From: Oscillospiraceae bacterium
Lineage (GTDB): Bacteria > Bacillota > Clostridia > UMGS1883 > UMGS1540
Direction of reading: 5' to 3'
DNA length: 64,000 nucleotides
Assembly: GCA_015068765.1 (NCBI GenBank)
Contig: SVJY01000005.1
Location: forward strand, 1,968 to 65,967
The position numbers and the translations under genes were made by a program. Below are positions 27,850 through 37,414 of the stretch, in pieces; within the stretch, counting starts at the first letter, position 1; each line of letters starts with the position of its first letter. Below the pieces are notes generated by a model, which made no database searches, was not told the origin of the DNA, and was given only the letters and a program-made list of their open reading frames with translations.

Positions 27850-29259
27850 ATGAATATGAAAAAAGAAAAACTGACCTTTGCCTTATTTTTCGGCAACCGC
27901 GGCTTCTTTCCGGGAGAACTGATTGCCGCGGCACGCGAAGATATGCAAAGGGTACTTACGGAAAACGGCTACGACTACATCGTCATGGATGAAGCCGCCA
28001 CACGCTACGGTGCTGTGGAAACCATTGCAGAAGGGAAATTATACCACGATTTTCTGGAAGCACACAAAGGGGAATTTGACGGCGTAATCCTTTCCCTCCC
28101 GAATTTCGGGGACGAAAACGGTGCCACGGTTGCACTTCGGGATGCCGGCGTTCCCATTTTGGTGCAGGCATATCCGGACGAAGCCGGAAAAATGGACTTC
28201 GCCCATCGGCGCGATTCGCTTTGCGGCAAAATTGCCATGTGCAACGTACTTCGCCAATGCGGTATCGCCTATACTTTGACGAAAGATGCTACCACTAACC
28301 CAAACAGCGAAGCCTTTAAAAAAGATCTTGCCTATTTTGCCGCTATATGCCGCGTTGTGCGAAGACTTAAGCATTTCAACATCGGTGCCATAGGCGCAAG
28401 AACAACTGCTTTTAAAACGGTACGTGTGGATGAAATTGCCATGCAGCGTGCCGGCATTAACATTGAAACCATTGATTTAAGTCTTGTTTTTGATTTAATG
28501 GACAATGCAGATGCCGACTTACTGGCAGAAAAGAAAAAATACTATGCATCCATTACAGATTTCGGCACATACCCGCCGGAAAAACTGGACAACATCGCAA
28601 GGCTCGGCGTTGCTTTGGATAAGCTGATTGCGGACTATAATCTACAGGCTGTCGGCGTTCGTTGCTGGGAGGAATTCCAAAAGCGGTATGCCATTGCCCC
28701 ATGCCTTGTACTGAGTGACCTTAACGAACGTGGCATTCCGGCGGCATGTGAACTGGATGTAAACAATGCGGTTATGATGTACGCCCTGCAGGAGGCATCC
28801 GGCGCACCCGTAATGCTTCTGGACGTAAACAATAACTACAAGGATGACCCGAGCAAAACCATTCTCTTCCATTGCGCGGCAATCCCCCGCTCCTTCTATG
28901 CTTCCGAAACAAAAATCGGCGAGCATCTTATGTTTAAAAAATCCTTTGGCGAGGGAAGCGGCGTCGGTATTGTAAACGGCGAAATTTGTACGGGCGAAGT
29001 AACGCTCGGCAGCTTTAAGACAGAGGACGGTGTGCTCCACGCCTTTGCGGCTGATGCAACCCTTACAGAGGATGCAATTGAAGACGCATTTTTCGGATGC
29101 GGTATTGTGGCAGAGGCAGAATGTATGCCGAATCTTCTGACACATATGCTTGAAAACGGCTACCGCCACCATGTGGCAATTGCAAAAGGACAATGGGCGA
29201 AGGCAGTCGGCGAAGCCATGGATAAATATCTCGGCTATGTAATAAAAGTAATTCAATAA
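27850..29259 (+). CDS. L-fucose/L-arabinose isomerase-family sugar isomerase (short ~470-aa form)
   Basis: 469 aa. The N-terminal FGNRGFFPGELI..., the later NFGDENG, and the overall length fit the FucI-like family (COG2407 type). Confidence 0.75.
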   Translation: MNMKKEKLTFALFFGNRGFFPGELIAAAREDMQRVLTENGYDYIVMDEAATRYGAVETIAEGKLYHDFLEAHKGEFDGVILSLPNFGDENGATVALRDAGVPILVQAYPDEAGKMDFAHRRDSLCGKIAMCNVLRQCGIAYTLTKDATTNPNSEAFKKDLAYFAAICRVVRRLKHFNIGAIGARTTAFKTVRVDEIAMQRAGINIETIDLSLVFDLMDNADADLLAEKKKYYASITDFGTYPPEKLDNIARLGVALDKLIADYNLQAVGVRCWEEFQKRYAIAPCLVLSDLNERGIPAACELDVNNAVMMYALQEASGAPVMLLDVNNNYKDDPSKTILFHCAAIPRSFYASETKIGEHLMFKKSFGEGSGVGIVNGEICTGEVTLGSFKTEDGVLHAFAADATLTEDAIEDAFFGCGIVAEAECMPNLLTHMLENGYRHHVAIAKGQWAKAVGEAMDKYLGYVIKVIQ

Positions 29260-29274
29260 TAGGAGGAAAAAGAA

Positions 29275-30159
29275 ATGAACAAGCTTGGCATTTTTATGAA
29301 CTTCTGGGAGAAAAACTGGGACGCAGACCACGCAAAATACATTAAAAAGGCGGCAGAAATCGGGTACGACATTCTTGAATTTCAGGCACAGCCCCTGCTT
29401 GAAATGTCGGACGAAAAGCTGAAATTCTTAAAAGCACTTGCGGATGAAGTCGGCATTGAGCTTACGTATAGCCTCGGTCTTGACCCGAATTACGATGTGT
29501 CTTCTCCGGACGAAGCCGTGCGCCTTGGTGGCGTGGATTACCTCCAGAGAATTATTCGCCAGATTCAAAAAATGGACGGCACACTTCTGTCCGGCGTAAG
29601 CTACGCAGGTTGGGGGACTCCAAACTATGTTTTAAATGATAAAAGACCGCTTCTTGAAAATAGCCTCAAAAGCATGCGCGAAATTATCAAAGTCGCCGAG
29701 GAATGCGGCGTTACATACTGCGTGGAGGCCGTAAACCGTTTTGAAGGTTGCCTCATCAACACAGCGCAGGAAGCCCTAGACTATGCGGCAGAAATCGACA
29801 GCCCGAATATCGGCGTACTGCTCGATACATACCATATGAACATCGAAGAAAATTCTATCGGCGATGCCATTCGCCTGGTCGGCAATAAGCTCACAAGCTT
29901 CCATACCGGCGAAAATAACCGTACCGCCCCCGGCAAAGGGCATCTTAACTGGGATGAAATTTTCGGGGCACTTTCCGATATCGGCTATAAAAACAGAATT
30001 GTTTGTGAGCCGTTTGTTATGCAGGGTGGTGAGGTTGGCAGAGATATCCATGTTTTCCGTGACCTTATCGACAATCCTTCGGAAGCCAGAATTGACGAAG
30101 AAGCCAAATATATTTTAAACTTCGAAAAGGAAATGCTGAAAAAGTGGAATTTGGCATAA
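29275..30159 (+). CDS. Ketose 3-epimerase-like protein (D-psicose/D-tagatose 3-epimerase family, xylose-isomerase-like TIM barrel)
   Basis: 294 aa. LGIFMNFWEKNWDADHAKYIKKAAEIGYDILEF closely parallels the DPEase/DTEase N-terminus (GIYYAYWEQEWEADYKYYIEKVAKLGFDILEI, recalled). Also has CVEAVNRFE and LLDTYHMNIEE metal ligands. Confidence 0.8.
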   Translation: MNKLGIFMNFWEKNWDADHAKYIKKAAEIGYDILEFQAQPLLEMSDEKLKFLKALADEVGIELTYSLGLDPNYDVSSPDEAVRLGGVDYLQRIIRQIQKMDGTLLSGVSYAGWGTPNYVLNDKRPLLENSLKSMREIIKVAEECGVTYCVEAVNRFEGCLINTAQEALDYAAEIDSPNIGVLLDTYHMNIEENSIGDAIRLVGNKLTSFHTGENNRTAPGKGHLNWDEIFGALSDIGYKNRIVCEPFVMQGGEVGRDIHVFRDLIDNPSEARIDEEAKYILNFEKEMLKKWNLA

Positions 30160-30194
30160 CCCTTTTCTACCCTCGTTAAAAAGGAGAGGTTTTT

Positions 30195-31679
30195 ATGCAA
30201 GCTGAATTATATATAAATAAAAATTTTGTTATCGGCGATATTGACAACCGCATTTACGGTTCTTTTATCGAGCAATTCGGCAGAGCCGTATACGGCGGCA
30301 TCTACGAGCCAGACCATGAAACAGCGGACGAAATGGGCTTTCGGCAGGATGTTCTGGAAAAGGTGCGCAAGCTGCACGTACCCATTGTGCGGTATCCGGG
30401 TGGGAATATTCTGTCCGCCTATAACTGGGAGGACGGAACAGGCGACAAGGCCAAAAGACCGCAAAAGCTGGACCTTGCATGGAACACCATTGAACCGAAC
30501 ACGGTGGGAATTGATGAATTTCAGGCATGGGCAAAAAAGGCAGGCACAACCGTTATGATGTCTGTAAATCTCGGCACACGTGGTGTGGAAGAAGCAAGAA
30601 ATTGTCTTGAATACTGCAACGGGGATACGCCCACGTATTATGCCGATATGCGCCGTAAAAACGGTTTTGAAGCACCCTTTGATTTTAAATTATGGTGTCT
30701 CGGAAACGAGATGGGCGGCACGGCGCAAATGTGCCGGAAAACGCCGGAGGAATACGGCCGCCTTGCGGCAGAAACAGGAAAGGTTATGAAGCGGCTTGAT
30801 CCTTCCATCGAGCTTATCGCCTGCGGCAGTTCTCATCGCAACATGCCAAGATTCGGCGAATGGGAGCTTGTGGTTTTGTCGCACACCTACAGCATTGTTG
30901 ATTATCTTTCCATTCATCAGTATTATGACGCAGGCGCCAATGCATTACCTGACCTTTTGGCAAAAACGGTGGATATGGATGATTATATCAAATCGGTTTC
31001 TGCCATGTGTGATACAATTAAGGCGATAAAAAAATCAGATAAAACCATGTACCTTTCCTTTGACGAATGGAATGTATTTCCGAAGGACTTAAGCCAAAAC
31101 GGTGACGGAAAACGGGAATGCGGTTCCCCCCGTTTTGAAGGTACATATACTTTCGGAGATGCGCTGATGGTGGGCTGTATGATGATAACATTGCAGAAAA
31201 ACAGCGACAGGGTAAAAATAGCCTGTCTTGCACAGCTTGTTAATGCCATTGCACCCATTATGACAAATCCGGGCGGTAAGGCGTGGCTGCAGACCATTTA
31301 TTACCCGTTTCTCTATGCATCCTTGTATGGCAGAGGTACTGCCTTGCGGACAGAAATCAAGTGTGATGCATATTCTACGGAAAAGCATCAAAATGTGCCT
31401 TATTTGGAAAGTGCTGTCATTCATAATGCGGAAAATCATGAGCTTATTTTGTTTGCAGTCAACCGCTGTATGACCGATGGGATGGAGCTTATACCCCTTT
31501 TTGAAAATTTCGGAGACTCTACGCTGATAGAACATATTGAATTATATGCAGAAAATCCGGAAGAAAAAAACACCGCCGAAAAGGAATCTGTCAGGGCGCA
31601 AAATGTTCCCATCGGTGAAAAAATCATTCTGAAAAAACATTCGTGGAACATGCTGCGTTTTTCGTATACAGAATGTTGA
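30195..31679 (+). CDS. abfA: GH51 alpha-L-arabinofuranosidase
   Basis: 494 aa, cytoplasmic. IYGSFIEQFGRAVYGGIYEP, VRYPGGNILSAYNWEDG, the acid/base motif WCLGNEMGG and the nucleophile motif LSFDEWNV. Confidence 0.9.
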   Translation: MQAELYINKNFVIGDIDNRIYGSFIEQFGRAVYGGIYEPDHETADEMGFRQDVLEKVRKLHVPIVRYPGGNILSAYNWEDGTGDKAKRPQKLDLAWNTIEPNTVGIDEFQAWAKKAGTTVMMSVNLGTRGVEEARNCLEYCNGDTPTYYADMRRKNGFEAPFDFKLWCLGNEMGGTAQMCRKTPEEYGRLAAETGKVMKRLDPSIELIACGSSHRNMPRFGEWELVVLSHTYSIVDYLSIHQYYDAGANALPDLLAKTVDMDDYIKSVSAMCDTIKAIKKSDKTMYLSFDEWNVFPKDLSQNGDGKRECGSPRFEGTYTFGDALMVGCMMITLQKNSDRVKIACLAQLVNAIAPIMTNPGGKAWLQTIYYPFLYASLYGRGTALRTEIKCDAYSTEKHQNVPYLESAVIHNAENHELILFAVNRCMTDGMELIPLFENFGDSTLIEHIELYAENPEEKNTAEKESVRAQNVPIGEKIILKKHSWNMLRFSYTEC

Positions 31680-31698
31680 CTTTAGAAAGGAAGACAAA

Positions 31699-32331
31699 AT
31701 GAAATCAAGACGAATCAATCATCTCTTGTTTGACTATGCCCGAACCATTGTGGAGCATCCCTTGGACGGCGCAGGTAAGCAAATTTTACGGAACACCGGT
31801 CTTACAGATGAAACAGATATTGAATTTTTTCAAAAGGCTGCCTTTTCCGTTGACAAGTACCTGAATCATCTGGATGAAGGCATTATGGAAAGAGATACTT
31901 ATAAACGCCTTCTGAAGGAAGAACTGCCGCTACACTTACACGGGTATGTCGAAGAAGCAGTCGATTATCATATGTGTGTCCTTCCGGCACTTCCCGGCAT
32001 GCTTGAACTTTTGAAAACGCTGAAAGAGGACGGCTTTAAGCTGTACCTTGTTTCCAACTTAGACCTTTATCATGCAAGACAAATGCACGAAATCGAAGCG
32101 GCTCCCTTTATGGACGATATGATTTTTTCTGCAGATATTGGTATACGGAAGCCTTATCCCGGCTTTTTTGATGCTGCCTGCAGGCAGTTTGGCGTTTCGC
32201 CTTCGGAGTGCCTTTTTATAGACGATCTGGAGGAAAACGTACAGGGTGCACGGGATTTTGGTATAAAAAGCTATGTTTTCCACGGCGATCCACAGGAACT
32301 CGAACGCTTCATTTATTCGGAAGCGATATAA
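31699..32331 (+). CDS. HAD-superfamily hydrolase with atypical motif I
   Basis: 210 aa. Motif I reads LLFDYARTIV (D-x-A instead of D-x-D). Motif IV is FIDDLEENV. Confidence 0.75.
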   Translation: MKSRRINHLLFDYARTIVEHPLDGAGKQILRNTGLTDETDIEFFQKAAFSVDKYLNHLDEGIMERDTYKRLLKEELPLHLHGYVEEAVDYHMCVLPALPGMLELLKTLKEDGFKLYLVSNLDLYHARQMHEIEAAPFMDDMIFSADIGIRKPYPGFFDAACRQFGVSPSECLFIDDLEENVQGARDFGIKSYVFHGDPQELERFIYSEAI

Positions 32332-32373
32332 ACTGCGATACGCATTTCAGTACAAATAAAGGAGAAGATTTTT

Positions 32374-35307
32374 ATGAAAAAAGGACTCACCCTGCTGCTC
32401 ACAATTGTATTGCTCTTTACAATGTCAGCGGTAAACACCACCGCCGTATCGTTCACCGATACGGAAGGAACAAAATGCGAAACCGCCGTCGGTGTTTTGG
32501 CGGCACTCGGCATTGTAGAAGGTAAATCGGAAGGCGTCTACGAGCCGAACAGCTTGCTCACAAGAGCAGAAATGGCTACAATTATTCTCCGTGCCATGGA
32601 TATGGACGGCGTTACTTTTGGCTGGAACATCTTTACGGACGTTCCCGCAAGTCACTGGGCGTATGCCAATATTGCAGCGGCGTATCAGCTGGGCATTATA
32701 AACGGCACAAGTGCCACTACCTTCGAACCGGATAAAAGCGTTACATACGAGCAGGCTGTAAAAATGGTTGTGGCTGCACTCGGTTACACTGTACAGGCAG
32801 ACGTTTTGGGTGGCTACCCCTCCGGATATCTTTCCAAGGCGGCACAGCTTGACCTTTTAAGAGGTGTAACACAAGGCGGCGAAATGACACGTGGCAATAT
32901 GGCAATTCTGCTCTATAACGCACTGGATACAGAACTATTTTTGCAGTACACCTTCGGCGAAGGTGCCTATGATTTTGAAAGCACCGAAACGAAAACCCTG
33001 CTTTCCTACTACCTGAAGGTAGAAAAGTGGATCGGCGAAATCACCGCCACCCCCATGGCACAGTTTGGGACCGCTTTGGAAGGCCGCAAGCTTTTGGGCG
33101 ATGAGGTTAAAGTGGGTGCCCAGATTATGAAAAAGGGCGAGACAAATGCACAGGATATGCTCGGCATCCGCAGTGACATCTATGCAAAGCGTGAGGATGG
33201 AAGCGAAATTCCTGTCATCTTGGCAATCGTACCCCGTGCAAGTGTAGAAATCATGGATGTCAGAGCACAGGATATTCAGTCCAAAACCGACACAGCAGAA
33301 TTTGTATATCTGGATGCGGCAGGTAAAGAGCAAGAGGTCAGTATTGCCGGTGCGACCTTTATCTACAACGGCCGCCAAGAAACCATGACAAACAACCTGA
33401 TCGTGCCTGAAATCGGAACGGTACGTCTTGTGGCTGAAGGGGGAAACGTGGACCTTGTTATGGTTTGGGAATATGAAAACCATATTGTGGAAAATGTTCT
33501 CTCCACAGAGAATAAGGTTTATTTTGCGGGAAGCGGTACGCCGTCTACGATCATTGATCTTAGTGACAACACCCTTCCCACTGTGATGACCGATGCGAAC
33601 GGAAATGGCGTTACCCTCGACAGCCTTATGCAATGGGATGTGCTTTCGATTGCCGAGAGCCTGCCGTCTAACACAAGCCGCGTTCGCCGCATTTATCGTT
33701 CCAATTCGCAGATTACCGGTGAAATCACCGAAATTATCAGCGGCACAGACGAGGTTGTCATCGGCGAAGATGTCTATTCCGTTGCGGCACCCCTAACGAT
33801 CAGTGACGTAAAGCTTGGGCAGAATGCAGCATATTACCTTGACTTTACAGGTGCTATCGCGGCAATGGATACAAGCTATGATACAAGCCGCATTTACGGA
33901 TGGCTCCAGAATGCAGAAAAGACAAAGGGCTTAAATGGTAAGCCGCAGCTGAAAATCTATACCCAAACCGGCGAATGGAAGGTATTCGATCTTGAGGAAA
34001 CCGTTCGCTTTAACGGACAGGGACGCGACAGTGCTTCCCTTCTGGATGCGACACGTGCAGAGGCGAATATCTGGGGGGATGACGTTGCACCTTCTTTTGT
34101 CGCAATAAACGGGACGGTTGTGCCACAGCTTATTTCCTATAAGACAAACGAGGCAGGTCTGATTACGGAAATTGAAACGGCAGTGAATAAGACCTCTCTT
34201 CTTAAAAAAGATGAAGAAAAATTCGGAGACGAATTCAGCATGGACATCTACCAAAATGATGTAAAACAGGTCCGTGCCTTCAACGGTGAAAAAGAAGGCT
34301 ATATGGATGATGCTTCCTATGTAGACGGTGGTCTGCAGTACCTGGACGGCGTGCTATTTAGTCGTGTGTATGCGAACAAAAACACCATTCTCTTTAAAAT
34401 CCCCAAAGACCCTGCCGTTGAAAGAGGATATAGTGTAGGAGCCGCGAACGTGCAGGGGCTGGCGATGATGGAATATCGCTCTTGGGGCTGTCTCTCCTAC
34501 TATGATATTGATGACAGCAATTTCTGCAAGGTTATGGTTATGCGTAATGACCTTATGTATGGAGATTCCGAAGAGGATACAACGGTGATAACCGCCTATC
34601 CTACCGCCTCTGTACCGGCTGCCATCATTACGAAAATCAGCACCGTTTTAAGCGAGGATGGCGAACCCATGCAAGTACTTAAGCTGGTGAACTGGAGTGG
34701 ACAGGAAATCAACGCTATCCTTACAGATTCTTTAGAGTATTGCTTGTATAAGGCTGCAAATGCAAATTTAACGGAAGACCTTGCTTGGTATACGGAAAAA
34801 GACGAAGACGGAACGAAAATACGCGGTGACTATAAGTATATTACAAATAAACATCAATACCGTAAAGAACTCTTCATGGATCCGGCGGATCTGACTGTCG
34901 GTGATGTCATCCAGTATTCGGTTGACAGTGAAAACAAGCTGACCATGGTATCGGTTGCGCACCGTGCAAACTATTCCGGCAATGTGGAATTTTCCGTAAG
35001 CTCGGGTGAAATTCTGTTACAGGGCACACGTGATAATTTCTATCGTGGCGGCAATTTCTCACTTTGCGGTACCGTAATCAAGGTTCTGAAATCGGGTATT
35101 TTGGTATCGACAAACATTGGCGATATCTTTGGTGACGATTCCCAGTTGGATGCCACCCGTATGCTGCCCACAATCGGTAATTTCTTTATCTGGAACAGTG
35201 AAAAACAGGCCCTGACCCAGTGTACAGCTACAGACTTCCTTCCGGAAGACTATATCTGGGCTTTCTGGGACACATCCGACCAGGAAATGGTTATTGCTTA
35301 CCGCTAA
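32374..35307 (+). CDS. Secreted cell-wall-anchored protein: signal peptide, N-terminal triple SLH domain and ~750-aa body of unknown function (paralog S1)
   Basis: 977 aa. Signal peptide MKKGLTLLLTIVLLFTMSAVNTTA. SLH repeats (FTDTEG...TRAEMATIILRAM; FTDVPASHWAYANIAAAYQLGIINGTS...TYEQAVKMVVAAL; ...TRGNMAILLYNAL). Paralog of 54798-57554. Confidence 0.85.
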   Translation: MKKGLTLLLTIVLLFTMSAVNTTAVSFTDTEGTKCETAVGVLAALGIVEGKSEGVYEPNSLLTRAEMATIILRAMDMDGVTFGWNIFTDVPASHWAYANIAAAYQLGIINGTSATTFEPDKSVTYEQAVKMVVAALGYTVQADVLGGYPSGYLSKAAQLDLLRGVTQGGEMTRGNMAILLYNALDTELFLQYTFGEGAYDFESTETKTLLSYYLKVEKWIGEITATPMAQFGTALEGRKLLGDEVKVGAQIMKKGETNAQDMLGIRSDIYAKREDGSEIPVILAIVPRASVEIMDVRAQDIQSKTDTAEFVYLDAAGKEQEVSIAGATFIYNGRQETMTNNLIVPEIGTVRLVAEGGNVDLVMVWEYENHIVENVLSTENKVYFAGSGTPSTIIDLSDNTLPTVMTDANGNGVTLDSLMQWDVLSIAESLPSNTSRVRRIYRSNSQITGEITEIISGTDEVVIGEDVYSVAAPLTISDVKLGQNAAYYLDFTGAIAAMDTSYDTSRIYGWLQNAEKTKGLNGKPQLKIYTQTGEWKVFDLEETVRFNGQGRDSASLLDATRAEANIWGDDVAPSFVAINGTVVPQLISYKTNEAGLITEIETAVNKTSLLKKDEEKFGDEFSMDIYQNDVKQVRAFNGEKEGYMDDASYVDGGLQYLDGVLFSRVYANKNTILFKIPKDPAVERGYSVGAANVQGLAMMEYRSWGCLSYYDIDDSNFCKVMVMRNDLMYGDSEEDTTVITAYPTASVPAAIITKISTVLSEDGEPMQVLKLVNWSGQEINAILTDSLEYCLYKAANANLTEDLAWYTEKDEDGTKIRGDYKYITNKHQYRKELFMDPADLTVGDVIQYSVDSENKLTMVSVAHRANYSGNVEFSVSSGEILLQGTRDNFYRGGNFSLCGTVIKVLKSGILVSTNIGDIFGDDSQLDATRMLPTIGNFFIWNSEKQALTQCTATDFLPEDYIWAFWDTSDQEMVIAYR

Positions 35308-35359
35308 TTCCATTGTAAAGAAGCAGACACAACATTCGGTGAATATTTGAGCGTACACG

Positions 35360-35396
35360 CTCGCCAGCTTGCTGACAAAGCCGGCAAGCTGGCGAG
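35360..35396 (+). terminator. Terminator hairpin after the S1 gene
   Basis: CTCGCCAGCTTGC-N11-GCAAGCTGGCGAG, a 13-bp perfect stem, 53 nt after the stop at 35307. Confidence 0.55.
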
Positions 35397-35421
35397 ATAC
35401 TGAGAAACGACATAAAAAGCA

Positions 35422-35460
35422 GATGCTGTAGCATAATGAGATTCATTTTGCTACAGCATC
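35422..35460 (-). terminator. Terminator hairpin after the GH20 gene
   Basis: GATGCTGTAGC-N17-GCTACAGCATC. On the minus strand it is followed by a T-rich run (complement of the AAAAAGC run at 35414-35420). Confidence 0.5.
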
Positions 35461-35480
35461 TTGACGTTAATACTTCATAA

Positions 35481-37280
35481 TTATAGGATTTCGCTGGGCG
35501 TTATGCAGTTCTCATAAAAACGAATCAGTGCCGCTTCTTTGAAAGGAAGAACATCTTCCTCCAGCATTTCGATTTTTGCACGTTTGCCCGAAAGATAGTC
35601 CCGGATGACTTCTATTGCATATTCCATTCGATAAACGGTACTTCCGAATCGCGCTACCATAACTTCATACCCAAAGGGTTTATACACCGCTTTCCACTGC
35701 TTTTCAAAAAGACGGTGTAGCTTCCCCACATTTTCAATCACACGAGGCAACAATGTCCCGGCAGCATCCTCAAGATATTTCCTATTATTTTGTAAATACT
35801 TTTCACGCAGAGAAAATCGTAATTCTGCTTTATCTTTCAGAATTTCCAATACGGTAATATAGTACAAATACATTTCTTTATTTTCGTCGTTTTTCTCATG
35901 GGCGGCATATGCCATAGAAAGCGCCGTTTCGATGTCCGGCAGATAATGTGCATCCTCTTCGCCAAGTTCCGGCAACGCATAAAATGCATCGCCGTACAAA
36001 AGCGCATTCAGAAATGTGCGGTGCGGCCTGTCGGTAGGCATACCGTGAGCTTTGGAGAGCTTCAGCAGAAAATCTAAATCCACGCCTGTAAGAGACATTG
36101 CCGTATCATAAATTTCCGCCATGGAACAATCTATACCGCGATAGTTAAGTTCCGAATACAGCGCCAAAAGCGGCACCGCCAGAAAATGATTGGTTTCACA
36201 GCCGTTATCTGCCCACATGGTGGCAAACACTGTCGAAATGTTATTTTTAATTGCCGCGCGAAGGGAAGGAATGGCATTTGCAAATGCCATTTCCGTACGG
36301 GGTACGAAGCCAAACCAAGTCCACAGTCCACCTGCAAAAACTGTTTTTTCCGTAACCCGTTTATGATTTGCCAGCATCCGGTCAAAAAAGTCCTCATCTG
36401 TGCTGTAATAATCCCAGTACACAATTTCCAGTTCCTCCGGCACCAGTTCCTTCGGTACACATGTTTCTGTATCACGATAGGAGTGGGTTTTGGAGGCAAA
36501 ATTATAGAACATATCACTCCAGACCATGGGTTTGTAGGCATACTTTTTGCAGATAGAAACTGTTTTTGCAAGATGCTCTGCAAAAATCGCAAAACGGTCA
36601 TGAAACCCGTTTTCACGCAGGTATTTACCAAGCCCCATATCATGTGCCTCATCCATGCCGATGTGAATACGGTTAGAACGGAAACATCGGCGCATTACCT
36701 TGATACATGCTTCAATAAAGGTATATGTTGCATCACTTCCGATTTTCAAAACACTTGCCGTATCCCGTATGTCACCCGTAATACCGTCATACTTCAGATA
36801 CTGCGCCATGTGACCGAGCGTCTGAATACAAGGAATCACCTCTATGCCGAGTGCATATGCATAATCGTCAATTTCACGAAGTTCCGCTTCGGAATATCTG
36901 CCCCGGAGATACCCGAAGTAGGGATATTCTTTTAGTTCATATGTATCCTCCGTATACAGCATCAGCATATTCATACCGAGTGCCGCCATATACGTCAGAT
37001 ACTTCTTCACCGCTTCCACCTGCATAACGCCATTTCTTGAAACGTCTAACATAACGCCACAGGTTTCAAAAGACGGTTTTTGGCGGATTTCAAAGGCTGT
37101 TTTCCCCTTTCGGATTTCGGAAGCCAGCAAAAAGCATCCCCGGGCAAATGTACTTTCATCCTTTGCACCAATCACGGCATTTTTTCCGTCATAGGATACA
37201 TATACGCCGTCAAATTCTGTTCTTTCAATTTTTCCGTCAAAGGAAAAGTGCAATAATGAAAAAATATTTTTCTGTGTCAT
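35481..37280 (-). CDS. GH20 beta-N-acetylhexosaminidase (GcnA-like, cytoplasmic)
   Basis: 599 aa with no signal peptide. CGVMLDVSRNG..., LMLYTEDTYE, IPCIQTLGHM and the catalytic D-E pair in RIHIGMDEAHDMG. Confidence 0.85.
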   Translation of the reverse strand: MTQKNIFSLLHFSFDGKIERTEFDGVYVSYDGKNAVIGAKDESTFARGCFLLASEIRKGKTAFEIRQKPSFETCGVMLDVSRNGVMQVEAVKKYLTYMAALGMNMLMLYTEDTYELKEYPYFGYLRGRYSEAELREIDDYAYALGIEVIPCIQTLGHMAQYLKYDGITGDIRDTASVLKIGSDATYTFIEACIKVMRRCFRSNRIHIGMDEAHDMGLGKYLRENGFHDRFAIFAEHLAKTVSICKKYAYKPMVWSDMFYNFASKTHSYRDTETCVPKELVPEELEIVYWDYYSTDEDFFDRMLANHKRVTEKTVFAGGLWTWFGFVPRTEMAFANAIPSLRAAIKNNISTVFATMWADNGCETNHFLAVPLLALYSELNYRGIDCSMAEIYDTAMSLTGVDLDFLLKLSKAHGMPTDRPHRTFLNALLYGDAFYALPELGEEDAHYLPDIETALSMAYAAHEKNDENKEMYLYYITVLEILKDKAELRFSLREKYLQNNRKYLEDAAGTLLPRVIENVGKLHRLFEKQWKAVYKPFGYEVMVARFGSTVYRMEYAIEVIRDYLSGKRAKIEMLEEDVLPFKEAALIRFYENCITPSEIL

Positions 37281-37339
37281 ACTAAATTCTCCTGCTTTTA
37301 TTTGATTCTGTTTACATCTGTTTTCTTTTCTATTGTATT

Positions 37340-37395
37340 ACAAAAACAAGGCTGTCACGAAATGCGGCTTTTACTGCATTGTTTTGTGACAACCT
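37340..37395 (-). terminator. Rho-independent terminator after surface protein P1
   Basis: Minus strand reads AGGTTGTCACAAAA-N19-TTTCGTGACAGCCT followed by TGTTTTTGT. It starts 20 nt after the P1 stop. Confidence 0.55.
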
Positions 37396-37414
37396 GTAAA
37401 CATCATATTAAGGT

